Assembly: GCA_029976805.1 (NCBI GenBank)
Contig: JAPOLY010000004.1
Coordinates: forward strand, 10,178 to 74,177
From: a bacterium
GTDB lineage: Bacteria; Planctomycetota; UBA8108; UBA1146
Direction: 5' to 3'
Length of the DNA stretch: 64,000 nucleotides
In this document: piece by piece, positions 18,175 through 27,751 of the stretch
Layout: each line of letters starts with the position of its first letter
Position numbering within the stretch: the first letter of the stretch is position 1
Notes under the pieces: model-generated
What the model was told of the DNA's origin: nothing
Database searches by the model: none
What the model saw: only the letters and a program-made list of their open reading frames with translations
Position numbers and translations under genes: made by a program

Positions 18175-19598
18175 CAAACCCTCTTCGCACGCAATGCCTG
18201 CATGCCACCGGAGAGATTGATGACTGACCAGCCCATGGCATTCAAAAAGCTGGCTGAACGAGCTGAGCGATCCCCTGATTCACAGACGACGTACCAGGTC
18301 ACCCCACGATCCAACTCTTCGAGGCGAGACCTCAAGAGTGTGTGAGAGAGATTGATCGCGCCAGGAATATGATCTTTTTCGAATTCGGAGGCTTTTCGAA
18401 CATCCAGAATCCTGCGCCCCGATAACTCGATCTTGGTGGAAATCTCTACCGGGTCCGACTCTTCGATCGTTCCCCACGCCCCCAGATAACTGCTCAAACC
18501 GATGATTTCGTCAGGATGAACCCACCCCAGAACCTTGTCGTATCCGACCCTGATCAGGCGACGAATCAGCACCTCAAGATCTTCTTCTTCACACACGAGA
18601 AGCAGGCGATCTGAAAGTTCGACAAAACTGCCCAACATCGAGTGAAGTTTGCTGCTCATAGGGATCGATAGGGATCCCGGCAAAAACTGCTCCTTGAACA
18701 GTTCCCAATCGCGGGTATCCACCACGATGGCACCGCTTTCATAAGCGGCCACAAACTGATCCTCATTCATTCTTTTTGGAGTTCTGATCCTCTCAAGTAC
18801 CGGAACCCCATCCCTGTTGAGGCGTTTCATCTCTGAAAAATACAGGGGGGGTTCCGGTTGTCCCGAAAGGATTTCCTGCACGAACTCCTCTTCGCTCGCT
18901 GAATGGGAGAGGGCAGAATTGAATCGCTTTTCATAACCAATGGTACTTGTGGGCACTGCGCCCAATCTTTTTCCACACGCACTGCCAGATCCATGACCAG
19001 GCCAAACCTGAACAAACTCGGGAAGAAGGTTGATCAAGTGAGCGCTTTGGAATAGTTCTCGGGCTGCGGGCTCCATCGACCCTGTATGGCCAGCAGCGGT
19101 CTCCAGCAAATCCGGGCGTCCCAGATCACCCACAAAAAGAAAGTCTCCGGAAAGCAGTGTCAGTGGCTGATCTGCCCCTGCCCCACGATCGGTGACCAAA
19201 AAGGACAAGTGCTCAGGGGTATGTCCAGGGGTATGAAGAACCTTGAAGTCGATATTTCCGATGGAGAAGGTCTCTCCATTTTTGAGCAGTCGATGCTCGT
19301 AGGAACCACCCCTAGAATGCTGATCGAGCCAACGGGGACTCCATTCCTTGTCACCTTCACCCGAAAGAAACAGTTCCACACCGGGAAGTTCACCCAATTC
19401 ACGGAGCCCTGACAAAAAGTCGGCATGAATATGGGTTTCCGCAGCGGCCACGATCTTGAGACCCTGCTGCTTTGCCAGATCGACATAGCGGTCGATATCC
19501 CGCATGGGATCGAAAATGATGGCCTCACCGGTGCGCTCACAGCCAATGAGATAGCTGTATTGAGCCAACTGATCGTCTGTGATCTGCCTAACAAACAT
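18174..19598 (-). CDS. persulfide dioxygenase (MBL-fold, ETHE1-like) fused to rhodanese domains; CstB/Blh-like
   Basis: ORF 18174..19649 trimmed to MFVRQITDDQLAQYSYLIGCE (GGAG RBS). MBL metal motif ETHIHADF and VLHTPGHTPEH. C-terminal rhodanese domain(s). Confidence 0.8.
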   Translation of the reverse strand: MFVRQITDDQLAQYSYLIGCERTGEAIIFDPMRDIDRYVDLAKQQGLKIVAAAETHIHADFLSGLRELGELPGVELFLSGEGDKEWSPRWLDQHSRGGSYEHRLLKNGETFSIGNIDFKVLHTPGHTPEHLSFLVTDRGAGADQPLTLLSGDFLFVGDLGRPDLLETAAGHTGSMEPAARELFQSAHLINLLPEFVQVWPGHGSGSACGKRLGAVPTSTIGYEKRFNSALSHSASEEEFVQEILSGQPEPPLYFSEMKRLNRDGVPVLERIRTPKRMNEDQFVAAYESGAIVVDTRDWELFKEQFLPGSLSIPMSSKLHSMLGSFVELSDRLLLVCEEEDLEVLIRRLIRVGYDKVLGWVHPDEIIGLSSYLGAWGTIEESDPVEISTKIELSGRRILDVRKASEFEKDHIPGAINLSHTLLRSRLEELDRGVTWYVVCESGDRSARSASFLNAMGWSVINLSGGMQALRAKRV

Positions 19599-19697
19599 AG
19601 ACGCAACTCCACTCAGGTTCATCATCTGAGAGGCAGAAAACGCCGTCATCGTTCCCGACTTTTTTGAGTTTTTTTTAACTGGTTTGAATGTATAGGC

Positions 19698-20498
19698 TTA
19701 CAGCTCCTCCAGAGCCTTCCTCAAGCGCTCATTCAGCCCCTCGGGAATATGGTCTTCCGCCAGAGACTGACAAATATCCTGAGCCAGGTCCATGGAAGCA
19801 AAGACGGACTGACACCGCTGGCAGATCACCTCAGAACTGAACTCCTCATTCAGATCCAGGGATCGCTGCTTCGCCTCAAGCAAATCGAGGCAAACCTGGA
19901 TCGGATAAGCAGCGGGTGGAACGTCATCGGGTGTTCTGGGAAGACGGTCATCGACCAGTTTCCTGAGTTTGAGTCGTGCCCTGTGGACCCGGGATTTCAC
20001 CGTTCCCTCTTCCATTCCCATCACTGAAGCGATTTCCGGAACGGTCAACCCGATGATGTCCTTGAGTACCAGTGGCATACGAAAGTCCTGGGGCATTTCA
20101 GCAATGGCCCGCTCCAAATCCTCTCTTGACTCGATATGAATTATTTGGATATCAGCGGGATCCATTTCAGAAGCAGTTTGCGCAATCCGGGGCTCACCAA
20201 ACGGAAGGAGCTCATCGAGAGATCCGATTTTGTCCGGCTCTCCGGCACGCTTGCGATGCATTTTTTGACAAACCCGGGCCGCGATGGAGTAAAGCCAGGT
20301 TGAGACTTTTGAGCGTCCTTCAAAAGATTCCCAGTTTTGATATGCGAGCATGAAGGTCTCTTGGACCAGATCCTCTGCCTCAGCCGCATTCCCACAGAAT
20401 TTTAATCCGAGAGAGTAGAGTCGTCCCCCCTGCTCAGCCACCAATCGGGGGAGTGCCGTTTCCGGATCGCCTGGCCATGGATCAGATTCAGAACGCAT
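19698..20498 (-). CDS. ECF-type RNA polymerase sigma-70 factor with Cys-containing C-terminal extension
   Basis: ORF 19698..20534 trimmed to MRSESDP. Sigma-2 region (DLVQETFMLAYQNWESF) and sigma-4 HTH (LTVPEIASVMGMEEGTVKSRVHRAR). About 90-aa extension with C...CxxC...C. Confidence 0.8.
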   Translation of the reverse strand: MRSESDPWPGDPETALPRLVAEQGGRLYSLGLKFCGNAAEAEDLVQETFMLAYQNWESFEGRSKVSTWLYSIAARVCQKMHRKRAGEPDKIGSLDELLPFGEPRIAQTASEMDPADIQIIHIESREDLERAIAEMPQDFRMPLVLKDIIGLTVPEIASVMGMEEGTVKSRVHRARLKLRKLVDDRLPRTPDDVPPAAYPIQVCLDLLEAKQRSLDLNEEFSSEVICQRCQSVFASMDLAQDICQSLAEDHIPEGLNERLRKALEEL

Positions 20499-20552
20499 AA
20501 TGGATATCCAATTCTTCTCACAAAGAAACATCAATCCTTCTATTAAATCAAT

Positions 20553-20918
20553 TCACTCCTCGACATGGAAGAGTTTGTTGTAGACCTTCCATTCACCCTT
20601 CACCCTCAATAAAGAGAGGGTATCGAAGAAAGTCATGCCCAAATACTCTTCACTCAGCATGACACAACCTGTTTCACCTGCGTACTCCACAGATTCAATC
20701 TCAAGATGCTGCTTTGCACCATTCTCTTGGGGTGAAGGTTGTTGGGCAGCGACGAAACCAGCGAACTCCTCCAGAGACATCTGCACCAACTCGCCATGGA
20801 GGTAACCTGCAATCAGCGCCTTCTCATGAAACACCGACCGCACTTTCTCTGCGTCTGACTCGTAGAGGCTTTCGTAGTACCTTTGGACCAACTGCTCGAT
20901 TTCCCGTTCTTCGCTCAT
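20553..20918 (-). CDS. NTF2-like (SnoaL/DUF4440-like) small protein
   Basis: ORF 20553..20972 trimmed to MSEEREIEQLVQRYYESLYESD, a typical NTF2-like opening helix. Confidence 0.6.
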   Translation of the reverse strand: MSEEREIEQLVQRYYESLYESDAEKVRSVFHEKALIAGYLHGELVQMSLEEFAGFVAAQQPSPQENGAKQHLEIESVEYAGETGCVMLSEEYLGMTFFDTLSLLRVKGEWKVYNKLFHVEE

Positions 20919-21071
20919 CAGGGTTCCTTTCACTGGTTGCAAAACAGAATACCCAAAAGCCTGAAATCTCACAGAGCAGATTTATTCAGACTCAGAAACT
21001 CTTGTACGATCTCTGTCTTTCCGCTGGGATTTTCCGAAGGAATCCTTACGATGGAACTTCTGTCATGATCA

Positions 21072-21147
21072 GGGCGAATAGCTCAGTTGGTAGAGCGCTT
21101 CGTTTACACCGAAGATGCCGGGGGTTCGAGTCCCTCTTCGCCCACCA
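21072..21147 (+). tRNA. tRNA-Val (anticodon TAC)
   Basis: GGGCGAA-TA-GCTCAGTTGGTAGAGC. Anticodon stem-loop CTTCG-TTTACAC-CGAAG. T-arm GGGGG-TTCGAGT-CCCTC. Perfect 7-bp acceptor stem and CCA. Confidence 0.9.
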
Positions 21148-21174
21148 TTTTTTCTCTCCCGACTCTCCCTGAAA

Positions 21175-22317
21175 TCAACAGCCGTTGTACTGAAGACAAT
21201 CCAGTGCATCGGCAGTCGAATCGGTTCCACAGTCGGGGAAGGGAGCGGGGAGCGTCCCGCTGCCGCTGAAAAGGTAGGCAAGGATCGAAACGGCGTCCGC
21301 CAGGTTGATCGAACCATCGTCATTGCCGTCGACCGCACTCTCACAGTCGACCATTCCCCCATCAAACAGGTAAATCAGCGCTGAAACCGCATCGCTAATG
21401 TTCAGGCTGCCATCGCCATTGACATCGCCTCTACGGAAGCCTCCGGTAGCTGGGGCGCAGCCGGGGCCGATTCCCGTTCCGGACAGAGTGTAATTCGAGA
21501 AGAAGTTCCACAGCGCCTGCTGTGAAAACCCGGGCCAGACATGATCCCCATTCTGAATACGATAGTGTGCGACCGTATGGCAACCGGGCCCCTCGGTCCA
21601 TTCGAAGAGGGTGACTCCCCCGCCTTGGGAAGTTTCCACAGGCACCGACTGGGTCTGATTCACCCCAGCCCAAAAGCTGTTCTGAACGCTGGTCGCAATC
21701 GAATACTGGTTACCGTTGTAGGGTGCATAAAAGTCGTTGGTCCCGAGAATGTGGACGATGCCGATGGGTTGGGCGGGTGTGCAGGCAGATTGAGTCCATT
21801 CCCACATGTTGGCTGCAACGACACCCACTGCCGCAAAATGGTCGCTGAGCTCACAGGCGTAATCCCACATCAGGCTGCCACCGAGCGAAAACCCACAAGC
21901 AAACATCCGCTGAGAATCCGCAGAATAATCTGCAACCATGGCATCGATCATGGCATCCGCAAAACCGACTTCGTCAATCCCTGTGCTGTAGGGGCCCAGA
22001 TTGTTCCAGCATAGACAACCATTGACGTCGAGGAGCGGCTCGGGATAGACCGCAATAAATCGCTCCGAATCCGCCAGCGGACGGAAGTCCCCTTCAAACT
22101 GCATGAAAATAGCCCCGGTATCTCCCCCTCCAGCAAATGCAAAAAGCACGGGAAGCTGATCGGCAGGATCAAAGTTGACGGGTAGATAAACCGTATACTC
22201 CCGCGTCACGCCATTGACGTCCACGGTTCGGGGGATGAGCTGTTGGGAATACGCCTGAGCCTGACCGATAAACAGACAAAGAAAGGTAAGTAGACCTTTG
22301 AAGCAGTATGCCTTCAT
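21175..22317 (-). CDS. secreted alpha/beta-hydrolase esterase (PHB-depolymerase/feruloyl-esterase-like) with C-terminal dockerin repeat pair and Cys-rich tail
   Basis: ORF 21175..22377 trimmed to MKAYCFKGLLTFLCLFIGQAQA (signal). Nucleophile elbow GFSLGG. C-term DVNGDGSLNISDAVSALIYLF + DGNDDGSINLADAVSILAYLF, then PAPFPDCG...DCLQYNGC. Confidence 0.75.
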   Translation of the reverse strand: MKAYCFKGLLTFLCLFIGQAQAYSQQLIPRTVDVNGVTREYTVYLPVNFDPADQLPVLFAFAGGGDTGAIFMQFEGDFRPLADSERFIAVYPEPLLDVNGCLCWNNLGPYSTGIDEVGFADAMIDAMVADYSADSQRMFACGFSLGGSLMWDYACELSDHFAAVGVVAANMWEWTQSACTPAQPIGIVHILGTNDFYAPYNGNQYSIATSVQNSFWAGVNQTQSVPVETSQGGGVTLFEWTEGPGCHTVAHYRIQNGDHVWPGFSQQALWNFFSNYTLSGTGIGPGCAPATGGFRRGDVNGDGSLNISDAVSALIYLFDGGMVDCESAVDGNDDGSINLADAVSILAYLFSGSGTLPAPFPDCGTDSTADALDCLQYNGC

Positions 22318-22495
22318 GCTTTTTCCCTCATTCATGTCGTGCCCTGAAAAGCCTTTATATTGTACAGAGTCTCCCATGAATCATGATAAAAATGTCCTTG
22401 TCTGGCCCAGTTGGCGGCGGGATTGATTTCCCCCTGAATTTTCAGGATGATTTCAGAGCTGATTTAATTCTGAACCTACAGAAACGGAATCCACG

Positions 22496-23533
22496 TTGGT
22501 CGCTGCCCTGCTGATCCTGTTGCTGCCTTTGCTTGATCCCATTCAGGCACAGTCTCCGCCGGCAACGGGGACCGATTCAGGCCGCACCTCTATTAGTCCA
22601 GTGTCGATTCAGCAACTGCCCACAGAGCGAATCCGACTTCGTAGCCTGATCGCTGAAGGACGATCCATCGTCGCCCTGCCGTATCTGGAAGCCTACCTGA
22701 TTCAGTATCCCGAAAATCCGGCACTGTTGCTCCTCAAGGGAGAAGCCTGTTTTGCCCTTGAGCGGTATCAGCTAGCAGTGGATTCCTTTTCCCGGGGAGT
22801 TGAAAAGGAGCCGAAAAAACTGGGTGAGTTGTTCAACTATGGTCGGGCACTTCAGAACCTGGGTCGGCATGAGGAAGCAATCGAGGTTTTCAGTGCGATG
22901 CAGAGTCGACAGGAAACGGCCCTCAGGGTTCGGGGAATCTTTGGTGAAGGGCTTTCACTACAATCGCAAAATCAGCTCCTGGAAGCTCGCAACAAATTTG
23001 AGGAAGTCTTGAAGGTTGACGATCAATTCGATCGAGCCCGTTACCGTTTGGCACAACTGCTTCTGGATGAGGATCCCCACCTTGCCCTCGATCTGCTCGA
23101 TCAAGTGCTGCTCCGAGACCCCCTTCAACATGGCGCCGCATACAACCGCGCACTGGCCTTGAGGAACCTGAAGAAACCTGATGAAGCACGGGCAGCCATG
23201 GCCCGTTATCAGAAAATCCTGTCGGGGAGATCGAGGATTGCTTTGCTGAAGGAACGCTGGGCTCTGAATCCTGAAGATGGATCCATTCTTCTCGAATTGG
23301 GAAGAGTCCACCGGGAGCTCAATGTCTATGGAGAATCACTGCGCTGGTTTGCCCGTGCAGGGGCAGCGATGCCCAATGCTTCCGAGCCCCCCCTCGAGAC
23401 GGTCAGCACCCTGCTTCAGGCAGGACGCATGACTGAAGCGGAACAATTGGTCCAGAGACTGGGGGGAACTGCAATCGCCCAGAAGGCCAAAGAACTGCTC
23501 GAAAGTTTCAGGGCCGGTTCCCGAAAAAAGTGA
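22496..23533 (+). CDS. TPR repeat protein
   Basis: 345 aa with repeated TPR-like helices (ALLLLKGEACFALERYQLAVDSF..., YNRALALRNLKKPDEARAAM...). N-terminus may be mis-set (GTG at 22496). Confidence 0.6.
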   Translation: MVAALLILLLPLLDPIQAQSPPATGTDSGRTSISPVSIQQLPTERIRLRSLIAEGRSIVALPYLEAYLIQYPENPALLLLKGEACFALERYQLAVDSFSRGVEKEPKKLGELFNYGRALQNLGRHEEAIEVFSAMQSRQETALRVRGIFGEGLSLQSQNQLLEARNKFEEVLKVDDQFDRARYRLAQLLLDEDPHLALDLLDQVLLRDPLQHGAAYNRALALRNLKKPDEARAAMARYQKILSGRSRIALLKERWALNPEDGSILLELGRVHRELNVYGESLRWFARAGAAMPNASEPPLETVSTLLQAGRMTEAEQLVQRLGGTAIAQKAKELLESFRAGSRKK

Positions 23534-23537
23534 CCCA

Positions 23538-24263
23538 TCAAATCGGCCAGTGCTGTCGCGAAGGCTCCTTGCGACGGATTTCCGTATCCTGTCGCGGTCC
23601 TGCGATCACCAGTATCGAAAAAAGGTAGAGGTAAAAGACGCCCACGAATCCGAGCACCGCTGCACCGGAGACAGATCCCTGACCAAAGACAGACAAAAAG
23701 GAACCGATGTCCATTTTCCCTGCGGGTACGCGATTGAACCCCAGCAGCAACCAGGTCCCCAAAACAATCAGGAAGAGCCATATGTAGGTTCGCTGCAATC
23801 GGCGACCCAGAGCCTCGATCCGACTCATTTTGTAGTGAGGGGCGAGCAAATCATTGCAGAGGGTTTCCCGCCACTTGCCTTCCGCAAGATCCTGCCCCTG
23901 CAACAGTGCGGGCACCATCAGATGGACTTCAAGCATGCGAACCCTCATGCGCCAGACATCAAAGTATCGGTACCGGCGCGCCTCGATGTGCAACAGCAGA
24001 TACAGCAGGACACAACAGAAAGGCAGTAACAGCATCGACGCTTCTGGAGTGGAATAGGCCAGAGAAATGATGGCCATCGTCGAAACCACTGCCCAATGGG
24101 TGGTCGCATCCATTCGCTGACGCCAGACATTCGCCCTCGCCAGTTCTCCACGATAGAAATGGGCCAGAACCTGCAGATTGGAAGCGGGAAATCTTTGAAC
24201 CAGGGTACTTTCACCCGTGAATTCCTTGGAAGAACTGTTTCCCTTGTTGTCGGACTGATCCAT
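23538..24263 (-). CDS. DUF2270-like integral membrane protein
   Basis: 241 aa with about 4 TM segments. Family assignment is from memory of the DUF2270 pattern, so low certainty. Confidence 0.55.
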   Translation of the reverse strand: MDQSDNKGNSSSKEFTGESTLVQRFPASNLQVLAHFYRGELARANVWRQRMDATTHWAVVSTMAIISLAYSTPEASMLLLPFCCVLLYLLLHIEARRYRYFDVWRMRVRMLEVHLMVPALLQGQDLAEGKWRETLCNDLLAPHYKMSRIEALGRRLQRTYIWLFLIVLGTWLLLGFNRVPAGKMDIGSFLSVFGQGSVSGAAVLGFVGVFYLYLFSILVIAGPRQDTEIRRKEPSRQHWPI

Positions 24264-24392
24264 GCGAAATTCCCCTGCCCCATATCGGTTCCCTAAAGCG
24301 TGCCCATTCGTACCCGGAAGGTCAAGTCCGGCCTTGCCCGGAACCCAAACTCACCACAGACTGAACCCACGAATCAGCTGAGAGGATCCCCC

Positions 24393-27300
24393 TTGAAGAT
24401 ACTACGGCCTTCAACATTGCCACTGCTCACCCTTGTGACCACTTGCTGGCTACTCACCTTCCTGAATCCGATCGAAGCATCTCCCGCCTCCCCGGCCCCC
24501 CTCGCTCCCAGCGGGGGTGAACCGATGCGGTGGCCCCTTTTCCCGCAAATCTCTCCGAATGGAGATCTGGTCGCTTTCGTTTGGGAAGGAGATCTTTGGC
24601 TTGCCCCGACGAAGGGTGGCCAAGCCCGGAGATTGACGGATCACCCGGCGATGGATTCAGGCGTCCGTTGGAATCGAAGTGGTACACATCTGCTCTTCTC
24701 TTCCCGAAGGGAAGGGAGTGACGATGTCTGGAAGATCTCTGTGGATGGCGGCCAACCACAAAGACTGACTTGGTGGAGCGGAACCGATCGCGCCTGCGAC
24801 TGGTACCCGGATGAAAAATCGATCCTGATCTCCAGCGACCGTGTTGATACCTGGAAGCGCGGTGGAACTCGTCTTTATTCTCTGACTCTCCCCGGAGAAG
24901 ACTCCACCATTCATGAACCACAGCGCATCACTTTGGCCGCTGCAGCCAACGCACGTCTTTCTCCTTCGGGAAAGAAGATCCTTGCGACCCGCTGGGGAAC
25001 TGGAATTACACGTCAAGGATATGAAGGATCGATGGCGAGCCAGATCTGGCTCTACGATTTGACCAGTCAGGAATGGACACAGTTGACCCCGACCTACAAG
25101 GACCACCGATCTCCGGTGTGGATCGACGACGATCACTTCCTCATGGTCAAAACCATCGACGGTCGAGGTCAATTGGTTGAGCGGGATCTCTCTGGAAAAT
25201 TTGAGAAGGTCTGGACCAATCTCGAGTCTGATTCGGTGCGGTCCCCCAGCATTTCCCGTGATGGACAACACATCTTCTTCGAGTCCGAAATGAACGCGTG
25301 GCACCTGCAAAGAAAAACAGGAGAGCTGAAAATGGTGTCCTGGTATGCCCTGGAAGATCTGACTCTTCTCGGCTTGCAGGATCTCTCCTACAACCGCGCC
25401 ACCAGTGCCTCCGTCTCCGCTGACGGCAAAATGCTGGCAGTGGGCAGTGAAGGTGACATCTTGGTGCGCAGGGTCAAAAAGGGCCTCTCCGTCAATCGTG
25501 TGACCCAGCACCCTGCCAAAGACACGAATCCGGTCTGGCTTCCTTTGGAAGAAGGACAATCGGTTCAAAATCTGCTCTTCGTCAGTCGTCGAGGAGGAAC
25601 AGAGAACCTCTACACGTTGAAAAGCACCGAAGAGGGTGAACCCCGATTGGATCGCTGCCGCTCCACTGAAGTCACGCCTTTCCCAGGATCTGGCGACCGC
25701 CGCAGGTATCCGCAGATATCTCCCGATGGCAAACTGCTGGCCTTCGTTCTGGGAGACGGTGACCTCGCCATCCAAAATCTGGATGGCAGTGATTCTCGGG
25801 TTCTTCATACCGGCTGGTCACCTCCCAGCTTTGAGTGGTCCCCGGACAGTCGCTGGATCGCTTTTTCGACTCAGGACAACAATTTCAACCGGGACATTTG
25901 GCTCGTCCCCGTCGATGGCACCCGTGCCCCCTTCAATTTGACCGCCAACCCTCGCCCCGATCGCAGCCCCCGCTGGAGTCCCGATGGAAAGAAGTTGGCC
26001 TTTATCTCACAAAGGGATGAATCCGGTGGTGACCTCTGGTGGTTGTGGCTGACAGAAGCAGATGACCAACCTGGAGCCGAGGATCGTGAACTCGCCAGCG
26101 ACCCCCTTCCTCCCCAGGAAAAATCGGACGATGGGAAGAAGGAAAAAAACGAGTCCAAGAATGAAAAAGAGGACTCCGCCAAGAAAACTCCGAAAGTCAA
26201 AATCGATCTGAAGGGGATCCGCGATCGCTTCACCCGGGCTTTCAGTTCGGATTCCGGAGTGCGTGGGCCCGCCTGGGGATCCAAATCGAAGAAGATCTTT
26301 TTTGTTTCGAGCCATGAGTCCACCTCTGCCGTTTACAGCGTCGACACGACTGCCAGATCCTCAGCCAAAAAGGTCACCAGCGGACGTGATCCCTTCGGTC
26401 CCTGGATTGCGAAATCGAAGAAATACCTGCGACTGGCTTCAGGGGTCCCCAACCTCATCAGTGAAAGTGGATCCAGCACCAGCTTGCCGATTTCCAGCAA
26501 ATTCATGGTCGATCAGCAAGAGCGACAGGGTGCCGTTTTTGATGAGGCCTGGGCGACGATGCGGGATCGCTTCTATGACATCGATCTCAAAGGGCTGGAT
26601 TGGGACGCCATCGGTGAACTCTACCGTCCTTACGCGGTTCAACGGCGCCACCGCAGCGAATTTGAATGGATCATCAACCGCATGATTGGCGAGTTGAATT
26701 CCTCCCATCAACGATTCTCGGCTGCCGGAAAATGGTCCCGGTCGATCCGTGCCACGGGGGTCCCCGGCTGGCGCTGGGAAAGGGATTCCGCTTCCGGACG
26801 ATATCAGGTCGGACAGATCGTTCCGGGAACTCCGGCTGCAGACGAAGCGGTCGACGTCCAGCCCGGTGATCTCATCCTGGCCATCGACGGATCGCCTCTG
26901 ACCTCTGGCAACAACACCTCTATCCCGCTCAATGGCACCGTCGGCAAGCGGGTGGCATTCGAGTTGGAACGCAACGGTGAAACCTTCGAAGTGATTCTTC
27001 GTCCCATCTCCAACAACGTCCTGCGTAGCAGGCTTTACGATCATTGGCTCGAGGAATGTCGTCAGCAGGTTCACAGGGAGTCCGCCGGACGACTGGGATA
27101 CCTTCATATTCGAAGTATGGACCAGACCAGCCTCGACCGTTTTGCAGTGCAGCTCTATGAAGCGGGCCATGATCGGGAAGGCCTCATCATCGATGTGCGT
27201 GAAAATGGTGGCGGCTGGACAACCGATCGCTTGCTCGTCTCCCTGACGCGGCAACCCCATGCGTTGACTCAACCCCGTGCCGGAGGACTGGGCTACCCCA

Positions 27301-27674
27301 ATGATCGCCTTGCTGCACCGTCGTGGACTAAACCGATTGCAGTCCTGTGCAATGAAAACTCCTACAGCAATGCCGAAATCTTCTCCCACGCCATCAAAAA
27401 CCTTAAACGCGGCCCCCTGATCGGCATGCCCACTTCAGGAAGTGTGATCAGCACCGGCAGCTCTACCCTGATCGACGGCAGCAGTATTCGGGTTCCCTTC
27501 CGCGGTTGGTACACCATTCCCGGAGGGCTCGACATGGATCTCAATGGAGCGATCCCCGATCTCCTGATTCCTTCCACCCCGGAAGCAGAGGAAAACCACT
27601 GGGATTTCCAGCTGGACATGGCCATCGAACAGCTTCTGGAGGACCTTCCCCCTGCCCCGAGGGCTACTTTTTAG
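24393..27674 (+). CDS. tricorn-protease-like S41 peptidase (beta-propellers + PDZ + C-terminal S41 domain), secreted
   Basis: ORF 24300..27674. A TTG at 24393 lies 6 nt after AGAGGA and gives MKILRPSTLPLLTLVTTCWLLTFLNPIEA (signal); ATG at 24300 is the alternative. Repeated TolB-like WD40 beta-propeller motifs (SPDGKLLAF, SPDGKKLAF). PDZ-like region. C-terminal tail-specific protease domain (DVRENGGG...SYSNAEIFSHA). Confidence 0.78.
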   Translation: MKILRPSTLPLLTLVTTCWLLTFLNPIEASPASPAPLAPSGGEPMRWPLFPQISPNGDLVAFVWEGDLWLAPTKGGQARRLTDHPAMDSGVRWNRSGTHLLFSSRREGSDDVWKISVDGGQPQRLTWWSGTDRACDWYPDEKSILISSDRVDTWKRGGTRLYSLTLPGEDSTIHEPQRITLAAAANARLSPSGKKILATRWGTGITRQGYEGSMASQIWLYDLTSQEWTQLTPTYKDHRSPVWIDDDHFLMVKTIDGRGQLVERDLSGKFEKVWTNLESDSVRSPSISRDGQHIFFESEMNAWHLQRKTGELKMVSWYALEDLTLLGLQDLSYNRATSASVSADGKMLAVGSEGDILVRRVKKGLSVNRVTQHPAKDTNPVWLPLEEGQSVQNLLFVSRRGGTENLYTLKSTEEGEPRLDRCRSTEVTPFPGSGDRRRYPQISPDGKLLAFVLGDGDLAIQNLDGSDSRVLHTGWSPPSFEWSPDSRWIAFSTQDNNFNRDIWLVPVDGTRAPFNLTANPRPDRSPRWSPDGKKLAFISQRDESGGDLWWLWLTEADDQPGAEDRELASDPLPPQEKSDDGKKEKNESKNEKEDSAKKTPKVKIDLKGIRDRFTRAFSSDSGVRGPAWGSKSKKIFFVSSHESTSAVYSVDTTARSSAKKVTSGRDPFGPWIAKSKKYLRLASGVPNLISESGSSTSLPISSKFMVDQQERQGAVFDEAWATMRDRFYDIDLKGLDWDAIGELYRPYAVQRRHRSEFEWIINRMIGELNSSHQRFSAAGKWSRSIRATGVPGWRWERDSASGRYQVGQIVPGTPAADEAVDVQPGDLILAIDGSPLTSGNNTSIPLNGTVGKRVAFELERNGETFEVILRPISNNVLRSRLYDHWLEECRQQVHRESAGRLGYLHIRSMDQTSLDRFAVQLYEAGHDREGLIIDVRENGGGWTTDRLLVSLTRQPHALTQPRAGGLGYPNDRLAAPSWTKPIAVLCNENSYSNAEIFSHAIKNLKRGPLIGMPTSGSVISTGSSTLIDGSSIRVPFRGWYTIPGGLDMDLNGAIPDLLIPSTPEAEENHWDFQLDMAIEQLLEDLPPAPRATF

Positions 27675-27693
27675 GCCTTTCGCCAAAAAGAGC

Positions 27694-27739
27694 CGCAGAC
27701 CTCCCCCGGGTTCAGTTGACCCGGCCGGGGGGTCTGCGG
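27694..27739. repeat. GC-rich imperfect inverted repeat (about 18-bp stem, 9-nt loop) between the protease gene and the small-peptide ORF
   Basis: ccgcagacctcccccggg ttcagttga cccggccggggggtctgcgg. Not followed by a U-tract. Confidence 0.5.
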
Positions 27740-27745
27740 TACTTT
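27716..27745 (+). promoter_or_regulatory. putative promoter TTGACC-N18-TACTTT upstream of the small-peptide ORF
   Basis: TTGACC at 27716-27721 (inside the hairpin loop and right arm) and TACTTT at 27740-27745. ATG at 27752. Confidence 0.3.
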
Positions 27746-27751
27746 CGCACT

